Shown: in pieces, positions 1 through 9,600 of the stretch
How the letters are laid out: every line of letters starts with the position of its first letter
Numbering within the stretch: position 1 is the first letter of the stretch
Origin: an uncultured delta proteobacterium
Lineage (GTDB): Bacteria; Myxococcota_A; Polyangia; Fen-1088
Length of the DNA: 64,000 bases
Direction of reading: 5' to 3'
NCBI GenBank assembly: GCA_963767925.1
Contig: CAVYGB010000002.1
Coordinates: 1,184,001 to 1,248,000, forward strand
The notes under the pieces: model-generated
Database searches by the model: none
Seen by the model: the letters and a program-made list of their open reading frames with translations, nothing else
What the model was told of the DNA's origin: nothing
Translations under genes and position numbers: made by a program

Positions 1-565
1 AGACGGTGATGCCGGCCTTGCGCACGTTGCCCAGGGTGCGCAGGCGGTCGTCGTAGGTGCGGGTGGTGATGATCGACCCGTAGAACTCGCGGGAGGTGTC
101 GAGGTTGTGGTTGTAGGCGGTCAGCCCGGCCTCGGCCAGCCGGCGGGCCTGCGGCTCGCTCAGCATGCCCAGGGTCACGCAGGCCTCCATGCCCAGCTCG
201 CGCACGCCGCGCACCATCTCCAGCACCGAGTCGAAGGCGGGGCCGTCCTTGACCTCGCGCCAGGCGGCGCCCATGCAGAAGCGGGTGGCCCCCGCGGCCC
301 GGGCCGCGCGCCGCCGACTCGAGCACCTCGTCCTTGCGTCGAGCATGCGCTCGGCCCCGACGTCGGTGTCGTGGCGCGACGACTGCGGGCAGTAGGCGCA
401 GTCCTCGGGGCAGCCGCCGGTCTTCACCGAGAGCAGCGAGCAGAGCTGGACCTCGTCGGGGGCGTGGTTCGCGTGGTGCACGGTCTGCGCGCGCAACATG
501 AGCTGCGGCAGCGGCAAGTCGTGAATGGCGCGGATCTCCGCCACCGTCCAGTCGTGTCGAATCAC
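1..565 (-). CDS. bioB: Biotin synthase (radical SAM), runs off the window edge
   Basis: Manual translation from GTG at 565: [18 protein letters not shown]...[17 protein letters not shown] (CxxxCxxC), [21 protein letters not shown] short scrambled stretch near 310-340 suggests compensating indels. Confidence 0.95.
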   Translation of the reverse strand, partial: MIRHDWTVAEIRAIHDLPLPQLMLRAQTVHHANHAPDEVQLCSLLSVKTGGCPEDCAYCPQSSRHDTDVGAERMLDARTRCSSRRRAARAAGATRFCMGAAWREVKDGPAFDSVLEMVRGVRELGMEACVTLGMLSEPQARRLAEAGLTAYNHNLDTSREFYGSIITTRTYDDRLRTLGNVRKAGITV

Positions 566-594
566 GGGGTGCCTTCCTCCAGCCGGGGCTCTTT

Positions 595-1681
595 TCAGTT
601 GATCCGGCGGAGAACGACCAGTACCCGGAGGGTCAGCCAGATGGCCGCCTCGGTGTCCTTGGGGTCCTTGGCGACCTTTGTCTTGACGCCGGTCGAGGCG
701 GGGGTCGCCGCGGCGGCCGCGCCGTCGGCCTTGCTGGGCGGGGGGCCGGGGTACCAGAGCCCATCGGTCGACTGACGCGATCGGAGGTAAGCCTCCGCGG
801 TGCGCACGCCGGAGTTCTCCTTGCCGAGCCCGATCGCCGTCACGGTGTCGAGCGCGTCGAGGACGTCGGTGTAAAAGCGGGGCTCCGTCAGCACCTCCCA
901 GAACCCGGGGGCCTTGCGGTCGGGGTAGCGGTCGGGCTGCAGAAAGCGGGTGGCCAGCAGCTCGGCCGCCCGTCGGGCCTCCCGGGAGGACCGGCGCGCC
1001 GTCGAGGAGGCGAACGCCCGCAGCACCATCCCGGTCACAAGGTGGCTCGAGGGCCGCGCCGCCGAGTCGGTGCGCACGCCCCGCCAGGCCCAGCCGCCGT
1101 CGTCCTGGCGGTGGTCGAGCAGGAACTGGAGCCCGCGCTCGACCCGTTCGTCGCCCTCGTAGCCGATCCGGCACAGCGCCGAGAGCGACCAGCCCTGAAA
1201 GTGGAGGGCCACCATCTTGGCCCGGCCCTTGGCGGTCTCGGCCAGGGCCAGGTCGGCGATGCCACCGTCGGGGAGCTGCGACGAGAGCAGGTAATCGACG
1301 GACTTCTTGAGCTCGCTGGGGGCCCGCCCCTCCTCGGTGCGCACGCCGAGATCGGCCAGGCGATCGATCGCCCGCATGGTGGCGAGGGTGCTGGCGAACT
1401 TGGCGCCGCCGAGCGCCTTGTCCGGGGCTTTGGGCTCGTAGCTCCCGTTTTTCAGCATCTTCTTGACTGAGCGCCTTGACCTCGGGGTACGCCCAGACCT
1501 CGTCGAGGCCGGGGGCCTCGCTGTCGTCGATGAGGTCGCGTCGGATGCGGGCCAGCACGGAGGGCGAGCCTTCGCGCAGAAGACGAGGTATGGGATCGCT
1601 CGCCAGCCGGGCGCGCCACCCCGACAGCGCGCGTGACGGCGAGGACAGGGGTGGCGTCGGCGAATATCTGGGTCGATTCAT
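595..1681 (-). CDS. Prenyltransferase/squalene-cyclase (QW) repeat protein, one frameshift near 1468
   Basis: ORF 595..1458 has QLPDGG, RQDDGGW and RQSTDGLW motifs. The upstream frame from ATG 1681 (MNRPRYS...[10 protein letters not shown]...YPEVKAL) joins it with a 1-nt shift. Confidence 0.65.
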
Positions 1682-1723
1682 GGCGAACGAAGCGCCAAGA
1701 ATATATCTCGCCGAACGAGCATT

Positions 1724-1738
1724 TGGCACGGCATTCGC
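1724..1738 (+). promoter_or_regulatory. Candidate sigma-54 (-24/-12) promoter of the sspB-like gene
   Basis: TGGCACGGCATTCGC has correct GG-N10-GC spacing, one mismatch to TGGCACG-N4-TTGC, and lies ~78 bp upstream of ATG 1816. Confidence 0.5.
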
Positions 1739-1815
1739 GAGAAGGTAAAAGAGGGGGGCGAAACCCCGCCGGGGGGGCGTCACCGCCCGAACCCCCACCC
1801 CGGCCAGGGCGGCAT

Positions 1816-2373
1816 ATGAGTCCGCAAGAACGACCATCCAAACGAGACGCGTTCATGGCCTTCCTCGGAGAAGGCTGGGTATCCGTGCATCTCGACGCCC
1901 GGCGCGCCGGCGTCCGGCTGCCCGATGACCTCAGCGATACGCGGCATCTGGTGCTGCAATACGGGCGGGACATGCCCATCCCCATCCCCGATCTGGTGGT
2001 CGGCGACGAGGGGGTCAGCGCCACCCTCTCCTTCTCCCGCACGCCCTGCCAGACCTTCATCCCCTGGTCGGCCATCTACATCGTCTCCTGCACCGACGGG
2101 CGGGGCATCCTGTATTACGAGGACGTGCCCGAGGACGTGTCGGTGGCCGTGCGCGGCGCCGACGGGGAGACAACCGCCCTGCCCGGCAACGTGCCCGACG
2201 GCGACGAGACCGCCCCGCCCGGCGAGATGACCGAGGCCGACACCGAGCCGGTGCGGGCCCCCTTCCTCCGCTCGGTCCCCACCGACCCCGCCGACAACGA
2301 CGCCACCCCCCAGACCGACCAGGGCGCCCCCGTCCGCCGCCGCCGCCGCCCCCAGCTCAAAGTCGTGAAGTAG
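1816..2373 (+). CDS. sspB: SspB-like ClpXP specificity-enhancing adaptor
   Basis: [13 protein letters not shown]...LVLQYG...[21 protein letters not shown]...IPWSAIY, an acidic linker and a C-terminal RPQLKVVK resembling the ClpX-binding tail. Confidence 0.8.
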   Translation: MSPQERPSKRDAFMAFLGEGWVSVHLDARRAGVRLPDDLSDTRHLVLQYGRDMPIPIPDLVVGDEGVSATLSFSRTPCQTFIPWSAIYIVSCTDGRGILYYEDVPEDVSVAVRGADGETTALPGNVPDGDETAPPGEMTEADTEPVRAPFLRSVPTDPADNDATPQTDQGAPVRRRRRPQLKVVK

Positions 2374-2425
2374 CCCGACCGCCGGCACCGGAGCGTCGGC
2401 CGGACGATCACTCGAGAGCCGATCG

Positions 2426-3682
2426 TCACTCGGGGGGGACGATGCAGTCGCAGAGGAAGGTCGCCAGCTCGTGGTGGCGGGCGCGGGCGTCTTCGTAGCC
2501 GATGCGCACGAGCTCGGCGGCGTACTGGCCGTCGAAGAGGATATACGAGAGCAAGTCGGCCTCGCTGGAGCCGCGGGCGTTGGCCAGGCGGCGCAGCAGG
2601 CGGATGCCGGGGCCGCCGCCCTGCCCCTTGAAACGCCCCGCCCGGGCGACGTCGCCGGCGATGGCGCCGAGGTCGACCGAGGGGCGCACCATGTATTCGC
2701 CCACCACCCGGTAGGGGGCGCCGCGCGCCCGCTCGACCACCTCGTCGAGCCGGCGCTTGTGCTCCTCGTCGCCGGCCGACTTGGCGGCGGCGATGAGGGC
2801 GTTGAACCGGCGCAGGCGATCGAGGTCGTAGTCGATGTGGTCGAGCAAGAAGGCGTTGAGCACCTTGCCGGCGAGGAAGGCCGCCCCCGGGAAGGGCATG
2901 GTCTCCTCGGGCTGCTCGGAGGGGGAGGGCTTGTGCCGCAGGCCCACCACCAGCACCTTGTCCGCCCCCAGGCGCAGGGCCGGTGACAGGGGGGTGTTCT
3001 GGCGCAGGCCCCCGTCGCAGAAGAAGCGCTCGCCGATGGCGATGGCGGGAAACAGGATGGGGATGGCCGCCGAGGCGATGGCGTGTTCGGCCACCATCTT
3101 CACCGCCTGCACCCGCACGAAGGGGTCCTGGCTCCAGGGCGGCACCGGGCGCGAGCTCTCCACGAACACGACCGACTTGCCCGAGCCGATGTCGGTGGCG
3201 GTGATGGAGAGCGACTCGAAGCCCCCGGCCTCGCAGTTGCGCGAGACGCGGTTCCAGGGGATGAGCCGGCGCACGATCCGCTCGAGCATGGCGGTGTTGA
3301 CGATGCCGCCGAGCCGTTTTTGCCCCTTCTCGATCTCCTCGATCTTGCCGCTGCCGAGCATGGTGGCGGGGGCCTTCATGAACTCCTTGACCCCGAAGTG
3401 CACCACCTCCTCGAGGATCAGGCTCTCCCAGCGCTCGGCCAGCAGGCGCCCCTGGGCGGGGGCGATGTCGGCCGTGCCGGCCATGAAGCAGGTGTGGATG
3501 CCTCCCACCGAGGTGCCACACAGGATGTCGAAGTGGACCTGCCCCCCGAGATCCCCCGCCAGGTCCTCGCGGAGGTACTTGAGGACGCCGGCCTCGTAGG
3601 CGCCGCGGGCCCCGCCGCCCGACAGGACCAGCGCCAGGCGGGGCCGTTCGCCCCGCCGGGGCTTGCGGCTGGGGCGGCTCAT
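2426..3682 (-). CDS. Patatin-like phospholipase
   Basis: LSGGGARGAY, GTSVG nucleophile elbow and DGG motif. Confidence 0.93.
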   Translation of the reverse strand: MSRPSRKPRRGERPRLALVLSGGGARGAYEAGVLKYLREDLAGDLGGQVHFDILCGTSVGGIHTCFMAGTADIAPAQGRLLAERWESLILEEVVHFGVKEFMKAPATMLGSGKIEEIEKGQKRLGGIVNTAMLERIVRRLIPWNRVSRNCEAGGFESLSITATDIGSGKSVVFVESSRPVPPWSQDPFVRVQAVKMVAEHAIASAAIPILFPAIAIGERFFCDGGLRQNTPLSPALRLGADKVLVVGLRHKPSPSEQPEETMPFPGAAFLAGKVLNAFLLDHIDYDLDRLRRFNALIAAAKSAGDEEHKRRLDEVVERARGAPYRVVGEYMVRPSVDLGAIAGDVARAGRFKGQGGGPGIRLLRRLANARGSSEADLLSYILFDGQYAAELVRIGYEDARARHHELATFLCDCIVPPE

Positions 3683-4001
3683 GAGCGATCTCCTCGGGGG
3701 GGACTTCTACTTGGCATGGATGATTGGCACGAGGGGCTGGTCGCGGTAGCGGAGCGGGTTGGATGCTCCCACCCGGTCTCTCATTCTGACACCGTCCCTG
3801 ACACCATCCCCGATCCGGGCGCACCTGGCACGCGCACCGGCGGGAGGACCACACCCGATGCGGCCAACGCCGCAGCCTGAACGTCTGCTATGGGCGCGCA
3901 TCTGATCTGCGCAGAGTCCCTTTCACCTTAGATTTAAGGGTGGGGCGGAACCATACGCAAGCAGCTTTTACGAGGGCGACTGTACGCCTATGCTCGATGG
4001 G

Positions 4002-5879
4002 ATGGCCAACACGCCCGCGACCGGCCCCGTTCCGACCCCGCCCGGCTCGTCACCGCCGCCGCCGCCAGATGGGGCGACCCCACCGGTGACCCCCAGCGTG
4101 GGGGGCGGGTTCCTGCTCGAACCGACCGGATCGGCGCGCATCTTGACCCCCGAGATGCTCACCGACGAGCAGCGCATGATGAAGGAGACCGCCGAGGACT
4201 TCATGCGCCGCGAGGTCGAGCCCCGCATCGCCGAGATCGAGGAGAAAAAGCCAGGGCTGATGCGGGAGATCCTGCAGAAGGCGGGCGAGGTGGGCCTGCT
4301 GGGCCACGACGTCCCCGAGGCCTACGGCGGGCTGGGCGGTGACAAGACCAGCTCCAGCCTGATCTTCGAGGCGATCAGCCGGCTGGGCTCGTTCGCGGTC
4401 AGCTTCGGCGCACACGTCGGCATCGGCACCATGCCGATCGTGCTGTTCGGCACGCCCGAGCAGCGGCAGAAGTACCTGCCCCGGCTGGCCACGCGGCGAG
4501 CTGATCGCGGCCTACGCCCTGACCGAGCCGGGCTCGGGCTCCGACGCGCTGGCGGCCAAGACCCAGGCGGTGCTCGTCCGCCGACGGCAAGACCTACCGC
4601 CTGCACGGCACCAAGCAGTACATCACCAACGCCGGCTTCGCCGACCTGTTCACCGTGTTCGCCAAGGTGGACGGCGAGAAGTTCACCGGCTTCCTCGTCG
4701 AGCGCGGCGCCCCCGGCCTGACCGATCGGGCCCGAGGAGCACAAGCTCGGCATCCGCGGCAGCTCGACCTGCGCCCTTCATCCTCGAGGACTGTCAGGTG
4801 CCGGTCGACAACGTGCTGGGGCGTGATCGGCCAGGGCCACAAGATCGCCTTCAACATCCTCAACATCGGCCGCTGGAAGCTGGGCGTGGGCGGCGGTGGG
4901 CGGCGCCAAGTATTGCCTCGAGCTCGGCGTCCGCTACGCCCGCGAGCGCAAGCAGTTCGGCAAGCCGATCGCCGAGTTCGACCTCATCCGCAAGAAGATC
5001 GGGGACATCGCCACCCAGATCTTCGTCGGCGAGTCGATGGCCTACCGCACGGCCGGCCTGATCGACGCCCGCGGTCGCGCCGGATCGACAAGCCGGCCGC
5101 CGACGCCCAGAAGCAGGAGATCGACGCGATCGAGGAGCACGCCATCGAGGCGTCGATCATCAAGGTGTTCGGCAGCGAGATGCTGTTCCAGGCCGCCGAC
5201 GAGACGCTGCAGATCTTCGGCGGCGCCGGCTACATCACCGACTACCCCATCGAGCGGATCAGCCGCGACTCGCGCATCAACCGCATCTTCGAGGGGACCA
5301 ACGAGATCAACCGCCTGCTGGTGCCGGGCACCCTGCTCAAGCGGGCCATGCAGGGGCGCCTGGGCCTGATGGCGCTGGTGGCCCAGGTGCAGCAGGAGCT
5401 GGCCGACCCCAGCAAGATCGACCTCGCCCGACGCCCGCCCCGACCGGCCCGCCTGGCCCTCGAGCGCCAGAAGGTCGACTTCGCCAAGCGGGCGGTGGCC
5501 TACGCCGCCTCGATCGGGCGTGCAGAAGTACATGCAGGGCATCTCCGAGAAGCAGGAGCTGCTGGGCGTGCTGGCCGACGCCCTCATCGGGATCTACGCG
5601 ATGGACTCGGCCGTCACCCGCACCCTGCAGCTCATCGAGAGCCAGGGCGAGGCGCGCAGCACGATCCCGATCTCGATGACCCAGCTCATCGTGGCCCGGC
5701 ACCACGAGCAGCTCTTCGACAGCCTGCGCGAGATGCTGATGTGGGTCTCGCAGGACGAGGAGTGGGGCAAGGGCATCCGCGACATCAACAGCTACTACGC
5801 CCTCCACCGGGTCAACACCTTCTCCCTCCGCCGCAAGATCGCCAAGCACGTGATCGAATCCGGCGGCTACGCCCTGTAG
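4002..5879 (+). CDS. Acyl-CoA dehydrogenase (long C-terminal type), several frameshifts
   Basis: Segments in successive frames: EAYGGLG, AYALTEPGSGSDA, GTKQYITNA, HKLGIRGS, RKQFGKPIAEF, QIFGGAGY, RIFEGTNEI. Ends GGYAL at 5879. Confidence 0.9.
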
Positions 5880-5900
5880 CCGGGCCCGCGGCTCGAACGC

Positions 5901-5960
5901 AGACCCCTCACCCCTCCCTCTCCCCGCTGCCGCGGGGCGAGGGCGAACGGGCGGCGGGGA
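5901..5960. repeat. REP-like palindromic element, copy 1
   Basis: AGACCCCTCACCCCTCCCTCTCCCCGCTGCCGCGGGGCGAGGGCGAACGGGCGGCGGGGA with an internal hairpin; reverse complement of 12921..12980 at 59/60 positions. Confidence 0.85.
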
Positions 5961-5997
5961 GTCGACGATCACGGGCGAAGCCAGCTCGGGGCGAAGC

Positions 5998-6120
5998 CAG
6001 TTGGAGCTTGGGGCGAAAGTCAGTTGGAGCTTGGGGCGGAAGTCAGTTGGAGCTTGGGGCGAAAGTCAGTTGGAGCTTGGGGCGGAAGCCAGTTGGAGCT
6101 TGGGGCGAAAGCCAGTTGGA
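5998..6120. repeat. 23-bp tandem repeat, 5 full units plus a partial
   Basis: CAGTTGGAGCTTGGGGCG(A/G)AAG(T/C) starting at 5998, 6021, 6044, 6067, 6090 and 6113; no spacers. Confidence 0.95.
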
Positions 6121-6158
6121 TCGATCGCTCGGAAGGTGATGGAGGCGGCTCGGCGGTT

Positions 6159-6207
6159 GTTCGCCCTCGCCCCACGGTCTGCCGTGGGGAGAGGGAAGGG
6201 TGAGGGG
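6159..6207. repeat. REP-like element, copy 2 (inverted relative to copy 1)
   Basis: GTTCGCCCTCGCCCCACGGTCTGCCGTGGGGAGAGGGAAGGGTGAGGGG: same family, different loop. Confidence 0.8.
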
Positions 6208-6226
6208 CGGTTGCCGGCCCGGGGGG

Positions 6227-6616
6227 TCAGGCGCCGTCGCCGTCGTCACCGTCGAGGGTGCGGCGGACGATGGCACACAGGTCGTGCAGCTTGACCGGCT
6301 TTTGCAGGACGCCGGCCGCGGCCAGGCTGCGGGCCTTCTCCCGGGCCTGGGCGTCTGCCGTGATGACGACGACCGGGATGGCGGCCCAGCGGGGCTCCTT
6401 GAGCATCTCTTGCCGGAACTGCAGGCCGTCCATCCGGGGCATCATGAGGTCGAGGAGGATCAGGCGGGGCAAGGCGGCGCCCGTGCGCAGCTTGGCCAGG
6501 GCGTCGAGGCCGTCGATGGCGCAGGTGATGGCGTAGCCCTCGTCCTCCAGGGCCTCCACGACCGAGTCGCGGATGTCCCGGTCGTCCTCGATCAGCAACA
6601 CGGGACCGGGGGACAT
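6227..6616 (-). CDS. Single-domain response regulator (receiver)
   Basis: MSPGPVLLIEDD...LILLDLMMPRMDG...VVITA...LQKPV; this is the tail of the listed 1544-aa ORF. Confidence 0.93.
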   Translation of the reverse strand: MSPGPVLLIEDDRDIRDSVVEALEDEGYAITCAIDGLDALAKLRTGAALPRLILLDLMMPRMDGLQFRQEMLKEPRWAAIPVVVITADAQAREKARSLAAAGVLQKPVKLHDLCAIVRRTLDGDDGDGA

Positions 6617-6624
6617 CTCGGCGC

Positions 6625-9600
6625 CTAGCGCAGCTCGAAGCGGACGTCGTTGCGCTGGTTGCGCTGGTCGGGCGGGTCGGGCGGGGGGATCAGGCTCGGA
6701 TCCGGCCGCCAGGTGGGCAGCCGGATGGTGAAGGTCTCGCCCCGGTCGGGCGAGCTGTCCCACTGCATGGTCCCCCCGTGGGCCTCGACGATCTTGCGGG
6801 CCAGGTACAGGCCCACGCCCATGGCGCCGTAGTGGCTGGCCGCCACCGCCCGCTCGAAGCGCTCGAAGATGCGGGCCAGGTCCTCGTTGCCGATGCCCAC
6901 CCCGGAGTGGCGGACCACCACGAAGGCCTGCTCGGTGTTGCCCCCCACCCGGACGTGGATCTCGGAGCCGGGGGCGTATTTCAAGGAGGTGGTGAGGATG
7001 CTGTTGAGGATCTGCTCGAGGCGGGCCCGGTCCCACCGGCCCGGCGCCGGGCTGGCCTCCACCCCGAAGCGCGCGCCCACCGCGACCGCGTCGCCCTGGC
7101 AGCCCTGGATCACCTGCCCGACCAGGTCGGCGAGGTCCAGCTCCTGGTACTCGAGGTCGAGGCGGCCCAGCGAGATGCGGGACAGGTCGAGCAGGGTCTC
7201 GATCAGGCGGGTCAGGCGGTCGATCTGGCGGAGCGCCGCCTCCAGGCGGCCGGTGAGCTGCCCGTTGGGGGCCGCGATGCGCCCCTTGGCGATGGCCTTG
7301 AGCAGCGACTCGAGGTGCAGCTCGAGGGCGGTCAGCGGGGTGCGCAGCTCGTGCGAGGCGATCGTGAGGAACTGGTCGCGGGCGGCCACCGAGCGGGACA
7401 GCTCGTCGGCGCGGGCCCGCTCCTGCCACATCTGGGCCCGGACCCGGGCCATCTGGAGCTGGGTGCGCACCCGGGCCAGCAGCTCGCGGGCGGAGAAGGG
7501 CTTGACCAGGTAGTCGTCGGCCCCCGTGCGCAACCCCTCCACGGTGGCCTCCTCGCCCGCCCGGGCCGACAGGAGGATGATGGGGATGCCCCGGGCGCGA
7601 GGATCTTCGCGCAAGGCCCGCACCAGGGCGAAGCCATCCAGCTCCGGCATCATCACGTCCGACACGATGAGGTCCGGCCAGCCCGAGCGGGCGAGCTCGA
7701 GGGCGGTGGCCCCGTCGGACGCGGTCTTGACCGTGTAGACCGGCTCGAGCAGGCCCGAGACATAGGCCCGCAGGTCGGCGTTGTCGTCGGCGACCAGGAT
7801 GCGCGAGCGGGCCGGCTCGTCCCGCAGGTCGAGCACGCCGATGCTCGACGGGGGTGGGGGCGCCGGCGCCGGTCCGATCGTCCAGCGCGAGGCCTCCTCG
7901 ATGAAGGCCGCCGCCTCCCCCGAGGTCGGCAGGCGGGGGGCGGCGGCCCGCTCGACCCGCTCGCGCGGCAGGTGGGCCGACCCGCGCGGCACCCGCACGG
8001 TGAAGGTGGTCCCCTGCCCGACGGTGCTGCTGACCTCCACGTTGCCCCCGTGGACCTTGACCAGCTCCTGCACCAGCGCCAGCCCGATGCCGGTCCCCTC
8101 GTGGCTGCGGCCCTTGGTGACACGCACCCGGTAAAAGCGCTCGAACACATGGGGCAGCTCGTCGGCGGGGATGCCCACCCCGGAGTCGGCCACCGCGAGC
8201 ACCACCTGGTCGTCCTCCCGGCCCAGGCTGACCCGGATCTCCCCCTGCTGGGTGTATTTGACCGCGTTGGAGAGCAGGTTGAGGACGATCTTCTCCCACA
8301 TCTCGGGATCGACATAGGCCGCCTCGCCGAGGGGCAGGCAGTCGACCTGCAGGCGCAGGCCGGCGTTCTCGATCACCGAGCGGAAGGCGCTGGCCAGGTC
8401 GGCGGTGAAGGCGGCCAGATCGGTGGCCACGAAGGTGGCCTGGGCCCGGCCGGCCTCCATGCGCGAGAAGTCGAGCAAGGTCCCGACCATCTTGTTCAGG
8501 CGCAGGGCGTTCCGCCGCACCCGATCGAGATCGTCGCCGGCGAGGCTCCCCCCGGGGCGGCTCAAGGCGTCGTCGATGGGGCCCAGGATCAGGGTGAGCG
8601 GCGTGCGGAACTCGTGGCTGACGTTGCTGAAGAAGGCGGTCTTGACCCGGTCGAGCTCGGCCAGGCCCCGCACGCGGCGCCGCTCCTCCTCGATGGTGCG
8701 GGCGTTGCTGACCGCGGTGGTGATGTGCTCGGCCAGCAGATCCAGGAAGGCCGAGTAGAGGGCGTCGACGGCGCGGCGGGGGTTCAGGCCGACAACCAGG
8801 ACGCCGTAGGCGTGCTCCGACCCGGGCCGGCCCAGCGGCAACATCACGGCGGTGCTGATCGGCTCGGGGTAGGGGCCGGCGCAGATGGGGCCGAAGCGCG
8901 CCCCGAGATCGTCGACGATCTCCGCCCGGCCCGAGCGCGCCACCCGGGCCAGCGGCCAGCCCGCGGCCCCCTCCCGGTCCCCGAGATCCACCAGGGTAGG
9001 GCTGGCGTCGGCGCCGGGCTCGAGCCCCACCCCCGCCACCAGCCGGGCCTGGGCCCGGGTGGCGTCGTGCAGGTACAGCAGCGCGAAGGGGACGTCGATG
9101 CGGTTCTTCTCCAGGGCGGCAGCCGCCGCCAGGCAGGCGTCCTCGACGCTCTCCCGCAGGGCGCGGGCCGCGCTGAGGGCGAGCTCGCGCAAGGTGGCCA
9201 GGCGCCGGGCCCCCTCCACCCGGCCGGTCGTGTCGGCGACGACGGTGAGGGTGCCGGTCACCGAGCCGGCCGTGTCGCGGATGGGGCTGAGCGAGAAGGT
9301 GAAGTAGCAGTCCTCGAGGTACCCGCTCTTCTCGAGCGGGATGTACACGTCCTCGAGCGCGACCGGCTTGCCCTGGCGGGTGTCCTCGAACAGGGGAAGC
9401 ACCGTGTGCCAGGCCTCGGGGAAAGTCTCCGCCCCCGGCCGGGCCAGGGCTGCCGGGTGCTTGTTGCCCAGGATGGGGCGGAAGGCGTCGTTGTAGACGT
9501 AGCGGAAGTCCGGCCCCCACACCACCACCATGGCGAAGCTGGAGTCGAGGATCATGCCGAGCGAGCTGCGCAAGGAGGTGGGCCAGGTCTCCGAGCGACC

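Noticed and set aside
4002..5879. Programmed frameshifting or true pseudogene
   Set aside because: Indels are numerous and scattered with motifs otherwise intact; sequencing error is more parsimonious.
5998..6120. CRISPR array
   Set aside because: Units are contiguous with no unique spacers, and there are no cas genes in the window.
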